Below are positions 9,129 through 18,759 of a stretch of DNA of 64,000 bases, piece after piece. The stretch covers positions 4,661 to 68,660 of the forward strand of contig CBDCQT010000012.1 in the NCBI GenBank assembly GCA_965220745.1. The letters run 5' to 3'. Within the stretch, counting starts at the first letter, position 1; each line of letters opens with the position of its first letter. Made by a program: the position numbers and the translations under genes. The notes below the pieces were generated by a model. The model had not been told where the DNA came from, made no database searches, and saw nothing but the letters and a program-made list of their open reading frames with translations. Origin of the DNA: Alphaproteobacteria bacterium (lineage in GTDB: Bacteria; Pseudomonadota; Alphaproteobacteria; UBA828).

Positions 9129-9908
9129 ATGAGCGAGCAGGCGTTTTTCAGAGTCGAGAAGCTGCAAAAGAGGTTCGGTGGCTTGGCCGCCATCGACGGG
9201 TTGAGTTTCGAACTGAAAGAGGGTGCCATTCACGGGCTCATCGGCCCGAATGGAGCGGGAAAGACCACCGTCTTCAACGTGATCACCGGCTATTACAGGC
9301 CGACCGCAGGCAAGATCTTCTACCAGGGCGAGTCCATCGGTGGCCTGCAGCCGCATCAGGTGGCCGCCAAGGGGTTGGTCCGCACATTCCAGGAAACGAC
9401 GCTCTTCCGGGAGTTCACCACCTTCGAGAATGCTCTGATGGGGTGCTATCTCCACACCAAGAGCAACATGATCTCGGCTTTGTTCAACACCCAGCGAGCG
9501 AGCGAGCGGGCGAGCGACGCGAAGACCCTCGAGGTGCTGGAATTCCTCGGCCTCGCCGATCGCAAGGACGAGCTTGCTTCCAATTTGCCGCATGGCCTGC
9601 AGCGCGCCCTCGGTATCGCCGTCGCTCTCACGACGGAGCCCAAACTACTGCTGCTGGACGAGCCCTTCGCCGGGATGAACCCGGAAGAGACACGCAACAT
9701 GATGGAGTTGATCCAGAAGGTGCGCGAAAGCGGCATCACTATCTTGCTGGTCGAGCACGACATGCAGGCGGTGATGGGCCTCTGCGAACGAATTACCGTG
9801 GTGAATTTCGGTCAGCTGTTAATGGAAGGCGCGCCGGACGAAATCAAGGCCAACAAGGACGTCATCGAAGCCTATTTGGGAACCGGCCTCAATGCTGCTC
9901 GAAGTTAA
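9129..9908 (+). CDS. ABC transporter ATP-binding protein, LivG-like (HAAT family)
   Basis: Walker A GPNGAGKTT, signature LPHGLQRAL, Walker B LLLLDEP. Confidence 0.85.
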   Translation: MSEQAFFRVEKLQKRFGGLAAIDGLSFELKEGAIHGLIGPNGAGKTTVFNVITGYYRPTAGKIFYQGESIGGLQPHQVAAKGLVRTFQETTLFREFTTFENALMGCYLHTKSNMISALFNTQRASERASDAKTLEVLEFLGLADRKDELASNLPHGLQRALGIAVALTTEPKLLLLDEPFAGMNPEETRNMMELIQKVRESGITILLVEHDMQAVMGLCERITVVNFGQLLMEGAPDEIKANKDVIEAYLGTGLNAARS

Positions 9909-10599
9909 GGACATCACCGTCCACTACGGGAGCGTTCAGGCGGTCTCGGATATCTCGATCTCGATCGACGAAGGTCAGATCATCACGTTGATCGGCGCCA
10001 ACGGCGCCGGCAAGAGCACCACGCTTCGCACGATATCTGGGCTGAAACGCGCGACGAAGGGCAGCGTCTGGTTCGACGGTCAGCGCATCGATCGCTTGGC
10101 GCCGGAAAAGATCGTGCGCATGGGCATCGCCCATGTGCCGGAGGGGCGGCAGGTATTTCCCGATCTCAGCGTCAATCAGAACCTTCATACCGGTGCCTAC
10201 CTGCGGAAGGACAGACAGGGTATTGCGCGTGACCTCGAAGACGTTCACGAGCGCTTTCCGGTGCTCAGGGAGCGGCGCAATCAGCGAGCCAAGACGCTCA
10301 GTGGTGGCGAACAACAGATGGTCGCGATCGGCCGCGCCCTCATGTCCAATCCGCGGTTGATCCTGATGGACGAGCCGTCGCTGGGCCTGTCGCCGGTGAT
10401 GGTGCAGGAGGTGGCGAGAATCATCCACGATATCAACAGTCGGGGTGTTCCGGTGATCCTGGTCGAGCAGAATGCCGAGCTGGCCCTCATGCTGGCGAGC
10501 TATGGCTACGTGCTGGAAACCGGCCGCATCGCGCTCGAAGGCAAGGCGAACGATCTGCACGAGAACGATCACGTTCGCCACGCCTATCTCGGGGCCTGA
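9892..10599 (+). CDS. ABC transporter ATP-binding protein, LivF-like (HAAT family)
   Basis: Walker A GANGAGKST, signature LSGGEQQM, Walker B LILMDEP. Overlaps the livG-like stop. Confidence 0.85.
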   Translation: MLLEVKDITVHYGSVQAVSDISISIDEGQIITLIGANGAGKSTTLRTISGLKRATKGSVWFDGQRIDRLAPEKIVRMGIAHVPEGRQVFPDLSVNQNLHTGAYLRKDRQGIARDLEDVHERFPVLRERRNQRAKTLSGGEQQMVAIGRALMSNPRLILMDEPSLGLSPVMVQEVARIIHDINSRGVPVILVEQNAELALMLASYGYVLETGRIALEGKANDLHENDHVRHAYLGA

Positions 10600-10632
10600 G
10601 CGTCCGCGCCGACACCAGACAAGTCTCAACCC

Positions 10633-11376
10633 ATGCGGCCCTGCTTGCTCGTCGATTTCCTGTGGGAGCAGTTCGCCGAGGAGGCCGCCGATTCCTCCAA
10701 GGCAGGCGTCGAGATCGAGCCGTTGTGGCGAACCGGCGCCACGCTGAGTCAGGCTTTCGACGAAGCGGATCCGCGGCGCGCGGCGAGTCTCCATTGCCTC
10801 GCCGCGATCGCACGAGAGGCGGGTGATTTGGAGGGAGCCGAGACCGGATATCGCGATGCCATCGCTGCCTGGGAGCGGGTGCCCGAATGGGTCTCGCAGA
10901 TGGCTGTCGAGTTCACCGGGCGAAGCGCCTCGATGCACATCCGCCTCGAGATGAAACGGACGGAAGAACTGCGCGCCCTCAAGCGCAGCATCAACGCCAA
11001 GCTCGCCGAGGGCGGCCTCGCGGCGACGCTGAACAACCTCGCGGAACTCCTGCACACGATGGGGCGAACCGACGAAGCGGAGCCGTTCTACCGTCAAGCG
11101 CGCGAAATGCGGGCGAAGTCCCTCAGCCACCGTGAAGCCGGGGTGGCGATCATTTGCGACAATCTGGCGGACCTTCTGGAAGAAGCCGGGCGGCACAACG
11201 AAGCGGAAGAGCCTCGGGCCCGGGCGCGCGAGATCGATGCCGAGCCGTTCCATGCCGGGATCGAAGACTTTCGCAGGAAGCGTTGGCGGAAAATGACCGA
11301 CACCCGAAAGTTAACGGCGGCGGTTTACCTCACGCCACCGTGCCGTCGTGCCGGTACACCCCCTACTCCCGCTTGA
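10633..11376 (+). CDS. hypothetical protein with TPR-like helical repeats
   Basis: Repeated ...LNNLAELLHTMGRTDEAEPFYRQA... and ...CDNLADLLEEAGRHNEAEE... helical-hairpin patterns. The C-terminal end overlaps the convergent permease gene, so the exact 3' end is uncertain. Confidence 0.45.
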   Translation: MRPCLLVDFLWEQFAEEAADSSKAGVEIEPLWRTGATLSQAFDEADPRRAASLHCLAAIAREAGDLEGAETGYRDAIAAWERVPEWVSQMAVEFTGRSASMHIRLEMKRTEELRALKRSINAKLAEGGLAATLNNLAELLHTMGRTDEAEPFYRQAREMRAKSLSHREAGVAIICDNLADLLEEAGRHNEAEEPRARAREIDAEPFHAGIEDFRRKRWRKMTDTRKLTAAVYLTPPCRRAGTPPTPA

Positions 11377-12355
11377 CGAGAGTCCCCCCTCCACGGTTCC
11401 ACAGCCAGGTCGACCACTGCAGAACTTTTCTGGGCAGACTGACCAGGCCTTCGGGCAGGAACAGCACGGTCGCGATCAGCACCAGGCCGTAGAAGCCGGG
11501 CCGCAGCTCATCCAGGCCGCGTAGGGATTCGTCGATGATCGACAGCACCGTGACGCCGATGATTGGACCCGCGAAGTGGCCCATACCGCCCACCAGCACC
11601 CAGACCAGGACGAAGAGCATCTGCTTCAGGCCGAACAGACCCGGATTAATCGCGGTGACGTAGTGCGCCACCATGGCGCCCGCGATGCCCGCGAAAAATC
11701 CGCCGGTGACGAATGCGATGGTGCGGAACTGGCGCACGTCCACTCCGACCGATTGCGCCAGCGTGTCCTTGTGATGCACCGCGTGAAAGACGAAGCCGTA
11801 GCGGGAATGCTCGATACGGTACATGACGAACAGGCAAATCAGCCCCACGATCAGCGCGAAGAAGTAGTAGGGCACCGGGGCACCCAGATCGATGTACAGC
11901 AGCTCGCCCAGATCGATTTCCAGAACCGGGATGCGCCGCAGGCCGCGAAAACCGCCGAACGGATCATTGAATTGGACCCAGCAGAGCCGGATTGCCTCGG
12001 CGGCGGCGAAGGAGCCGATGAGGAAGTAGAACCCCTTCATGCGGAAGAGCGGGAAACTCAGAACGTAGGCGATGGCGGCAGCGGCCACGCCGCCAAGCGG
12101 CATGGATATCCACGGTGAGATAGGAAGCGCCGCGAGAAGCGCGCTAGCATAGGCGCCCACGCCCATGATCACGGCATGGGCCAGCGAAAACTCGCCGGTG
12201 ATGGCGATGAAACGGTAGCTCACCACCAGAATGATGTTGATGAACATGAAAATCAGGAAATCGAGCTGATACGGCCGCAGGACGAACGGCAGGACGCAGA
12301 CGACCGCCAGGACGACGGCAATTCCGGCGAGATTGCGGTGCGTCCGGCTAAACAC
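11363..12355 (-). CDS. ABC transporter permease, LivM-like
   Basis: 330-aa polytopic membrane protein of the branched-chain amino acid permease family. Overlaps the upstream livH-like gene. Confidence 0.85.
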   Translation of the reverse strand: MFSRTHRNLAGIAVVLAVVCVLPFVLRPYQLDFLIFMFINIILVVSYRFIAITGEFSLAHAVIMGVGAYASALLAALPISPWISMPLGGVAAAAIAYVLSFPLFRMKGFYFLIGSFAAAEAIRLCWVQFNDPFGGFRGLRRIPVLEIDLGELLYIDLGAPVPYYFFALIVGLICLFVMYRIEHSRYGFVFHAVHHKDTLAQSVGVDVRQFRTIAFVTGGFFAGIAGAMVAHYVTAINPGLFGLKQMLFVLVWVLVGGMGHFAGPIIGVTVLSIIDESLRGLDELRPGFYGLVLIATVLFLPEGLVSLPRKVLQWSTWLWNRGGGTLVKRE

Positions 12356-13232
12356 TCTCGCGCGCTCCCATGATCCCGGTCGGCTTGACGATCAGCACCA
12401 GAAGCATCAACGCCAGACCCAGGATCGTCGCGATCTCGCCGCCAATGTAGGTGGTGACGAACGTATGGAAGAAGCTGTACACGACGGCCGCAATCAGAGC
12501 GCCTTCGATGCTGCCCATGCCGCCCACGATCATGACGATGAAGGCGGTGACCAGAACCGGATGGCCCATCTGCGGCGTGATGCGCACGAGCGGCGACATG
12601 ACCGCGCCACCCATGCCCGCCATTGCCGCGCTGATCACCATCGCCAGCATGGAAATCTTGCCGATGCCGATGCCCTGCAGCGCCGCCGCTTCGGGATTTT
12701 GGGCGCAGGCGCGCATGGCCCAGCCGATCCTGGTGCGGCTCATGAAGAGCCAGAAGGCAACGAGGATGAATGCCGCGATCGCGAAGACGAACAGCCGCGA
12801 GTGGGAGATCGTGACGCTCTCGATCCCGAAGGCATGCCACGATTCCTTGAAATAGGGCGTCATGTTCTTCATGAGCCCTTGGCCGAACAAATAAACAACG
12901 AGAACCTCGAGGACGAACATCATGCCGACGGAAACGATGAGGCCGCCGAACAAGTTGCCGCGCATCGGGCGAAACAGCGCGCGTTCCATCAGGAGGCCGA
13001 TGGCCACCGTCAGGAGTGTCGCAATAACGATCGAGGCGAAGAACGGGATACCGACTTCCGCGTAGAGATACCAAGTTGCATAGGCGCCCACCATGTAGAG
13101 AGCACCGTGGGCGAAATTGACGATCTGCATGATGCCAAAGATCAGCACCAGGCCGACCGCAAAAATTGCGGTGAAACTGCTCGCAATCAGCGAGTTCATG
13201 ATGGTCTGAAGAATGAGTTCCAGATCCGTCAT
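12348..13232 (-). CDS. ABC transporter permease, LivH-like
   Basis: 294-aa polytopic membrane protein, MTDLELILQTIMNSL...NFAHGALYMVGAY typical of the LivH family. Confidence 0.85.
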   Translation of the reverse strand: MTDLELILQTIMNSLIASSFTAIFAVGLVLIFGIMQIVNFAHGALYMVGAYATWYLYAEVGIPFFASIVIATLLTVAIGLLMERALFRPMRGNLFGGLIVSVGMMFVLEVLVVYLFGQGLMKNMTPYFKESWHAFGIESVTISHSRLFVFAIAAFILVAFWLFMSRTRIGWAMRACAQNPEAAALQGIGIGKISMLAMVISAAMAGMGGAVMSPLVRITPQMGHPVLVTAFIVMIVGGMGSIEGALIAAVVYSFFHTFVTTYIGGEIATILGLALMLLVLIVKPTGIMGARESV

Positions 13233-13323
13233 GTCTCGCTAAGGCCCGTTGCGGCCGATCGTCAGTGTACGTGAAAGGAAAGGGTGTGCCCCGCCGGAGC
13301 GGGGCACAGCATTCTAGGTCTGT

Positions 13324-14604
13324 TTAACCGGCGAGCGGAACGCCGAGCTCTATGAAGTGCTTTTTCAGTACGTCCAGATGCTGGTCGCACCAGGCTCTGA
13401 CGTCTCCCATCTCGACGATGACGGCCTTGCCGTTCTGCATCTGAACGACAGGCCACTTGCCCAGCGCCGCGCTGTTCACGCCGAAAAAATCCTCGCCCCA
13501 CCATTCGGCGTCGCCGAACGCGTGCGGCACCGGGCTCAGCGCCCGGAGCGCGTCGGCCACCGCCGGCGGATCGAAGGTGCCGGCCTGGCTCACGGCGGAG
13601 CGCCACATCTCGAGTGCTGCGGCATATTCCCACGAGACCGCTGTCCAGGCCCCCGGATAGCGCTCGTTGTAGGTTTGATAGAAGGCGGCCGCGTTATCGA
13701 AATGGGTGCCGCCGCCCTGCATGATCGGGTCGTCGAGATCCGGGAACTGCCAGAGGAATCCTTCAAGGAACTCCTTGCTGGTCTTGCTCATGATGTGCTC
13801 GTACTGGTCGAGCGTGCAGTTCACGAACTGACCCTTGTAACCTTGCAGGTAGGCTTGCTCGGTCAGGAGATTGACGTAATCGGGATAGGCGGTGTCCCAG
13901 GTGATCACGTCGGGATTCGCGGCGATCAGCTTCGACACCACCGGCGCGAAGTCGGTCACCTCGAAGCCGAACAGGTTCTCTTCGACGATCTCGATACCGG
14001 CGACCTCGAACGCGGCCCTGTAGGTCGCGAGCGAGCTCAGGCCCAGCTCGTCGTTCTGTGTCGCGATGGCCGCGGTCTTGATGTGCGGCATGTTGCGCGC
14101 GATGTAGTCGACGGCGGTCACATTGTAGAAAGGATGGACCTCGACCGGCGCGAACAGGTAGGGCGCGTCTTCGCTGATGTCGGTCGGAACCAGCGTCGTC
14201 GTCAGCATCTTGTTTCGGGTCATGAAGTCCTTGACCGCCTGCACCGGCGTGATGCCGAGCATAAGGACGATCGAGACCTCATCCTCGAAGAGCAGCTTCT
14301 TGGCGCCGACCGTCGCCTTGACGGCGTCGAACTCATCGTCATAGGAGATGATCTCGACCTTGTACTTCTCGCCGCCCATGTCGAGGCCACCGGCAGCGTT
14401 TATCTGTTCCGCCCAGATCTCGACCCCGTAGAGTCCGGGAAGACCCCAGCCCGCGGCATCGCCGGTGAGCGCCGCGAGAAATCCGATCTTGACCGTCTTC
14501 TCGTCAGCGAAAAGCTTGGACGGCGTCGCGCCGAAGGCAGTCAAGCCCGCGGCAACGCCACCCGTTGCTGCCATAAACTTGCGTCGTGTGATGTTCGCTT
14601 TCAT
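13324..14604 (-). CDS. periplasmic substrate-binding protein (type I PBP, Leu/Ile/Val-binding-like) with Tat-type signal
   Basis: N-terminus MKANITRRKFMAATGGVAAGLTAFGA (twin-arginine), then ...KIGFLAALTGDAAGWG... typical of LivJ/amide-urea-type binding proteins. Confidence 0.85.
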   Translation of the reverse strand: MKANITRRKFMAATGGVAAGLTAFGATPSKLFADEKTVKIGFLAALTGDAAGWGLPGLYGVEIWAEQINAAGGLDMGGEKYKVEIISYDDEFDAVKATVGAKKLLFEDEVSIVLMLGITPVQAVKDFMTRNKMLTTTLVPTDISEDAPYLFAPVEVHPFYNVTAVDYIARNMPHIKTAAIATQNDELGLSSLATYRAAFEVAGIEIVEENLFGFEVTDFAPVVSKLIAANPDVITWDTAYPDYVNLLTEQAYLQGYKGQFVNCTLDQYEHIMSKTSKEFLEGFLWQFPDLDDPIMQGGGTHFDNAAAFYQTYNERYPGAWTAVSWEYAAALEMWRSAVSQAGTFDPPAVADALRALSPVPHAFGDAEWWGEDFFGVNSAALGKWPVVQMQNGKAVIVEMGDVRAWCDQHLDVLKKHFIELGVPLAG

Positions 14605-14729
14605 CGATCAAGACCTCCTGTGTTTACCGACATTTGTGAAGATATGCGCCGTTGCGGATCGCTCGTCCAACAACGGAAGTTCCCGACGTCATTCGCGCGC
14701 GCCAACTCTTTTCGGAACGTCGATCACGA

Positions 14730-16904
14730 TCAGTTCACCGTCACCGACGGATCGTCTCGTCCCCAGATCATGCGCTCGCGGAGGAAGGGCTGCGGCCGCC
14801 GCGGATTTTCCGATTCGAACTCTCGGGCGAGGCGGTGTGCGTCGAAGATCGCATCGCCGGTAAGCCGGGGTGCATAGCAATCGCCGGCTTGGTAGATACC
14901 CGCGATTCCTTCTTCTTCCCACTTTTCGCGACGCTCCCATAGCGACTTGTAGAGTTCGCTGTTCGCGAGCCGCGCCGTGACCAGAATCACGGTATCTGCG
15001 TCGATGGTCTGGGTCTCCTCGCCCATCCTGCGTACATGCTCGCCGGGTCTCGGCTCGATGGTGCGCTTGTAGCCGTCCCGAGAGAGGCTGAAGAGCTTCA
15101 CCTTCACCACGTTGCCTGGATCGCACTCCTCGACCCACGTGCCGCCATATTGGGTGATGCCTTTTTCGTGCAGCACGCGATGCAGGTTGGGGGCCTCCAA
15201 GGTGTACTCCATCAACGGTGCGGCCTCGGAGAACTGCGTGACGATCGAGACCTGCTTGCCCCGGTCGGCCAGCATCTCGGCCATGCTGACGCCAGTGAAG
15301 TACCCGTCGGCATCGAGAATGACGACACGCTCGCCGACATCCTTGCCCGCCATGATCTGCTCGGGCGTTGCGAAGTGGGGCGCCGCTGCATCGATGCCCG
15401 GAACCGGCGCCATCGTGATGTGACTGAAGCCGTCCGTCGCCCACCGGGAGCCGGTGCAAAGTACCACCTTATCGGCGCCGTACGTCAGCACGTCGTCCGA
15501 TTCGAGGCGGGCGTTCGTGTGCACCTCGACGTTCTTGAGCTTGTCGAGCTGAGCCTGCCGGTAGCTAGTGATGCGGCCCCATTCCGCCATGCCCGGATAG
15601 CGCATGACGTCTCGGATATGCCCGCCGATTTCGGATTCCGCCTCGCAGACGTGCACATCGTAGCCCCGCTGGCCCAGAACGCGAGCGGCCTCGGTCCCGG
15701 CGGGCCCTGCGCCGACCACGAGAACCGATCCGGCGTCCTCTACGTGATCGAATTTTTCCGGGTGCCAGCCGCGGCGATATTCCTCGTTGGCGACGGGGTT
15801 CTGCGTGCAAACGAGCGCAGTGCCCCGCTCCCATCGTGAGATGCAGATATTGCAGCCGATGCACTCGCGGATGTCTTCGAGCCGTCCTTCCTCGATCTTC
15901 TGGGGCAGGAAGGGATCGGCGATCGAGGGGCGCGCGCCGCCGATGATGTCCGCCTGTCCGGAACTGATCACGTGGACCATGTCGTCCGGACTGGTGAAGC
16001 GCCCCACGTTGATCACCGGTACCTTGGCGACGCTCTTGACGTGCTTCGTGAACGGCGCCTGGTGGTTCGCCTTGTAGAAGCGGGACGGGCCGGCATCTTC
16101 GCCCCACTCGCTGAACGTGGAAACGTTCACGTCCCACAGATCCACCAGGCCGCGCTGGGTGGCGAGCTCGATAAACCCGATGCCGTCATCCTCCGCCTGC
16201 ACGCCGTCTGGCCCCATGATCTGATCGATCGAAATTCGCACGGCGATCGCGCATTCATGGCCGACGGCCTCTTTCACCTTTTCGATGGTCTCCAGCCAGA
16301 AGCGCGCGCGATTCTCGAAGGAACCGCCGTACTTGTCGGTCCGCTTGTTGTAGAAGCGAGATAAAAACTGCACTGGCAAGACGCCGTGCGAGCCGTAGAC
16401 GTACACGATGTCGAAGCCGGCCTGCACGGCCCGTTTCGCGGACTCAACGTACATGTCCTGGAGCTCGATGATCTCGTCTTCGTCGGGCTCGTGCGAGTAA
16501 GTGCCGATCGACCAATCCGAGGTCGATTGCGTGGGAGACGACGGAGCGGCTCGCGTCTCCAGGTTCGCCGACGCCGAGCCCATATGCCAAAGCTCGACAC
16601 CGGCGAGCGCATCCCACTTGTGCAGGCTGTCGCACATATGCCGAAGATTGATGATGTCGCCGTCGTCCCAGAGGCAGGCCAGCACGCCCGGCGAGGTGTC
16701 GGCCTCGTGGTCGATCGAGCAAGCCTCGGTACAGACGCCGCCCCATCCGCCTTCGGCCTTCATGCCCCGAAATGCGGCCTGTGTGCCTGGCCGCTCCGAA
16801 CCCGCGCCGTTGCAGTGCGGAACCTGGTAGAAGCGGTTCTTCATCGTCTTCGGGCCGAACTGGATGGGCTCGAAGAGGACGTCGTACTTGGGGTCTCGCG
16901 CCAT
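14730..16904 (-). CDS. trimethylamine/dimethylamine/histamine dehydrogenase family flavoprotein (FMN TIM barrel + 4Fe-4S + ADP-binding domains)
   Basis: Start MARDPKYDVLFEPIQFG. YQVPHCNGAGS matches the cysteinyl-FMN site of the TMADH family. CIGCNICISRWE is the 4Fe-4S cysteine cluster. VLVVGAGPAGTEAA is the dinucleotide fold. Confidence 0.85.
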   Translation of the reverse strand: MARDPKYDVLFEPIQFGPKTMKNRFYQVPHCNGAGSERPGTQAAFRGMKAEGGWGGVCTEACSIDHEADTSPGVLACLWDDGDIINLRHMCDSLHKWDALAGVELWHMGSASANLETRAAPSSPTQSTSDWSIGTYSHEPDEDEIIELQDMYVESAKRAVQAGFDIVYVYGSHGVLPVQFLSRFYNKRTDKYGGSFENRARFWLETIEKVKEAVGHECAIAVRISIDQIMGPDGVQAEDDGIGFIELATQRGLVDLWDVNVSTFSEWGEDAGPSRFYKANHQAPFTKHVKSVAKVPVINVGRFTSPDDMVHVISSGQADIIGGARPSIADPFLPQKIEEGRLEDIRECIGCNICISRWERGTALVCTQNPVANEEYRRGWHPEKFDHVEDAGSVLVVGAGPAGTEAARVLGQRGYDVHVCEAESEIGGHIRDVMRYPGMAEWGRITSYRQAQLDKLKNVEVHTNARLESDDVLTYGADKVVLCTGSRWATDGFSHITMAPVPGIDAAAPHFATPEQIMAGKDVGERVVILDADGYFTGVSMAEMLADRGKQVSIVTQFSEAAPLMEYTLEAPNLHRVLHEKGITQYGGTWVEECDPGNVVKVKLFSLSRDGYKRTIEPRPGEHVRRMGEETQTIDADTVILVTARLANSELYKSLWERREKWEEEGIAGIYQAGDCYAPRLTGDAIFDAHRLAREFESENPRRPQPFLRERMIWGRDDPSVTVN

Positions 16905-17071
16905 GATTACACTCCCTACAGACCGGCAGACCGGCAGACCGGCGCACGGCATAACTTCTGTTCGGCAGCTTAAGTGGCTTCGAATTGGCAGGCAAGCACG
17001 TGCCAACTCAGCGCCGCGCAACGTCTGGTTTTCGATCCGGTGCCGATCGCGCGGCGTGGCGCCGTTACACG

Positions 17072-17240
17072 TCAGAAATAGAACAGCTGCTCCTGCGTGA
17101 CGCCCTCATCTCCAAAGCTGATCATGCCGGCCCCGACAATGTCGCCGACCTGCCACTTGCACCATGCGGTGCCGCCCTCGACCACGACATCGGTGATGTC
17201 CATCCTGTCGCCGATCTTTCTCAGCTCGGCGATGTAGCCC
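17072..17240 (-). pseudogene. 3' fragment of a small NTF2/SnoaL-like gene split by IS insertion
   Basis: The track ORF 17072..17254 takes its ATG from inside the IS terminal repeat. The genuine part ...YIAELRKIGDRMDITDVVVEGGTAWCKWQ... continues in frame from 18504..18644 once the IS and one GCCC copy are removed. Confidence 0.6.
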
Positions 17241-17297
17241 TGATCCTCCCCCATCGAGTTGGTCCACCCTTAGGTTATGGAAAGAGGAGGACCGACG

Positions 17298-17576
17298 ATG
17301 GCAAGGAAGCGTTACAAGCCCGAGGAGATCGTGAGCCTGCTGCGGCGGGCTGAGGTTCTGAACGGCCAGGGCATGTCGATGGCGGACGCGATCCGCGAGC
17401 TTGGGATCAGCGAGGTTACCTTCTACCGCTGGCGCAAGGAGTATGCCGGGATGAGCGGCGATCAGCTCCGCCGTTTGAAGGAGCTCGAGAAGGAGAACGA
17501 GCGGCTGCGCCGTGCGGTCTCCGATCTGACGCTGGACAAGCAGATTCTCAAAGAGGCCGCAGGGGGAAACTTCTAA
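17298..17576 (+). CDS. IS3-family transposase OrfA (HTH)
   Basis: MARKRYKPEEIVSLLRRAEVL...EVTFYRWRKEYAGMS...LKELEKENERLRRAVSDLTLDKQILKEAAGGNF. An AGGAGG RBS precedes the ATG. Confidence 0.85.
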   Translation: MARKRYKPEEIVSLLRRAEVLNGQGMSMADAIRELGISEVTFYRWRKEYAGMSGDQLRRLKELEKENERLRRAVSDLTLDKQILKEAAGGNF

Positions 17577-17650
17577 GCCCCTCGCGCCGGCGCCAGTGCA
17601 TCGATCATGTCTGTGACCGGCTCGGGGTCTCGGAACGCCGCGCTTGCCGG

Positions 17651-18469
17651 GTGCTGGGGCAGCACCGCTCGACCCAGCGCCGCATCCCGCGCGGCCGCGA
17701 CGACGAGGACCGCCTGGTCGCGTACATGATCGAGCTGGCCCGCCAGTACGGCCGTTACGGCTATCGCCGCATCGCGGCCCTGCTTCGCGATGCCGGCTGG
17801 CAGGTCAACGACAAGCGGATCGAGCGCTTGTGGCGGCGCGAGGGGCTGAAGGTGCCCGGCAAGCAACCGAAGCGGGGCCGGCTTTGGCTCAATGACGGCT
17901 CCTGCATCCGGCTGCGCGCCGAGAGGGCGGATCACGTCTGGTCCTACGACTTCGTCCATCACCGGACGTATGACGGCAGGGCCTTCCGCATGCTCAACGT
18001 CCTGGACGAGTTCACCCGCGAGAGCCTGGTCATCCGGGTGCGCAGGAGGCTTTCCTCGATCGACGTCATCGATGTGCTGACCGACCTGTTCATCCTGCGC
18101 GGCATTCCGACCTGGATCCGTTCCGACAACGGTCCGGAGTTCGTCGCCGAGGCCGTCAGGCGGTGGATCGCTGCGGTCAGCGCCCGCACCGCCTTCATCG
18201 AGCCGGGCTCACCCTGGGAGAACGGCTACATCGAGAGCTTCAATGCGCGGCTGCGCGACGAGCTCCTGAACGGGGAGATCTTCTACACCCTGAAGGAAGC
18301 CCAGGTTCTCATCGAATCGTGGCGGTGCCATTACAACGCGATCCGCCCACACGGCAGCCTGGGATACCGGCCGCCCGCCCCGGAGACGATCATCATGCCA
18401 AGCTGGCCGCCCGGCTCCGCTACGCTCCGCCGGCCACCCAGCTTGGCCGAGGAACCCGCGATGCACTAA
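17651..18469 (+). CDS. IS3-family transposase OrfB (DDE/rve integrase core)
   Basis: ...ADHVWSYDFVHHRT...WIRSDNGPEFVA...PWENGYIESFNARLRDELLNGE... The frame is open upstream to ~17573 (..RRACRVLGQHRSTQRR..), implying an OrfAB fusion by frameshifting near the orfA stop. Confidence 0.85.
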   Translation: MLGQHRSTQRRIPRGRDDEDRLVAYMIELARQYGRYGYRRIAALLRDAGWQVNDKRIERLWRREGLKVPGKQPKRGRLWLNDGSCIRLRAERADHVWSYDFVHHRTYDGRAFRMLNVLDEFTRESLVIRVRRRLSSIDVIDVLTDLFILRGIPTWIRSDNGPEFVAEAVRRWIAAVSARTAFIEPGSPWENGYIESFNARLRDELLNGEIFYTLKEAQVLIESWRCHYNAIRPHGSLGYRPPAPETIIMPSWPPGSATLRRPPSLAEEPAMH

Positions 18470-18503
18470 CATTCGACCTGGACCAGTCGACGGGGGCAGG
18501 TCA

Positions 18504-18644
18504 GCCCGACAGGTCGCTCTTTCTGTAGACAGCTCCGTCCTTGTCCAAAAGCTTGTAGTCGTCCGTCACGTTTGCGGCGATTTCTTCAGCGTTCAAACCA
18601 CTGAAACCGCCGGCATACCCACCCAACTTGTCCGCTGCTGACAT
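18504..18644 (-). pseudogene. 5' fragment of the IS-split NTF2/SnoaL-like gene
   Basis: A GGAGAAGAGAG RBS, then the ATG at 18644: MSAADKLGGYAGGFSGLNAEEIAANVTDDYKLLDKDGAVYRKSDLSG, ending exactly at the IS target duplication. Confidence 0.6.
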
Positions 18645-18759
18645 GTCTCTCTTCTCCAGCCCGTGTTGAGGTCATTCAAGATAGCCGGGTCGGACGGTTG
18701 TCGCGCATCAACCGTCGCCACACAAGCCAAGACGCTCCGGGCCCTTGGCCGGTGCAGGA

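Larger units (their letters stand above)
17241..18503 (+). mobile_element. IS3-family insertion sequence, 1263 bp, copy 1
   Basis: Imperfect terminal inverted repeats TGATCCTCCCCCATCGAGTTGGTCCA / (rc) TGACCTGCCCCCGTCGACTGGTCCA (TG...CA ends). orfA/orfB organisation. 4-bp direct repeat GCCC at 17237-17240 and 18504-18507. Confidence 0.85.

Noticed and set aside
9889-11253. 454-aa minus-strand ORF opposite livF-like and the TPR gene. Similar cases are 1364..2305, 13357..14877, 19141..20397, 26403..27998, 29129..30493, 34898..36322, 37260..38801, 40950..42032 and 60853..62613.
   Set aside because: All are antisense to genes with strong motif support and give low-complexity products. They are treated as high-GC shadow ORFs.
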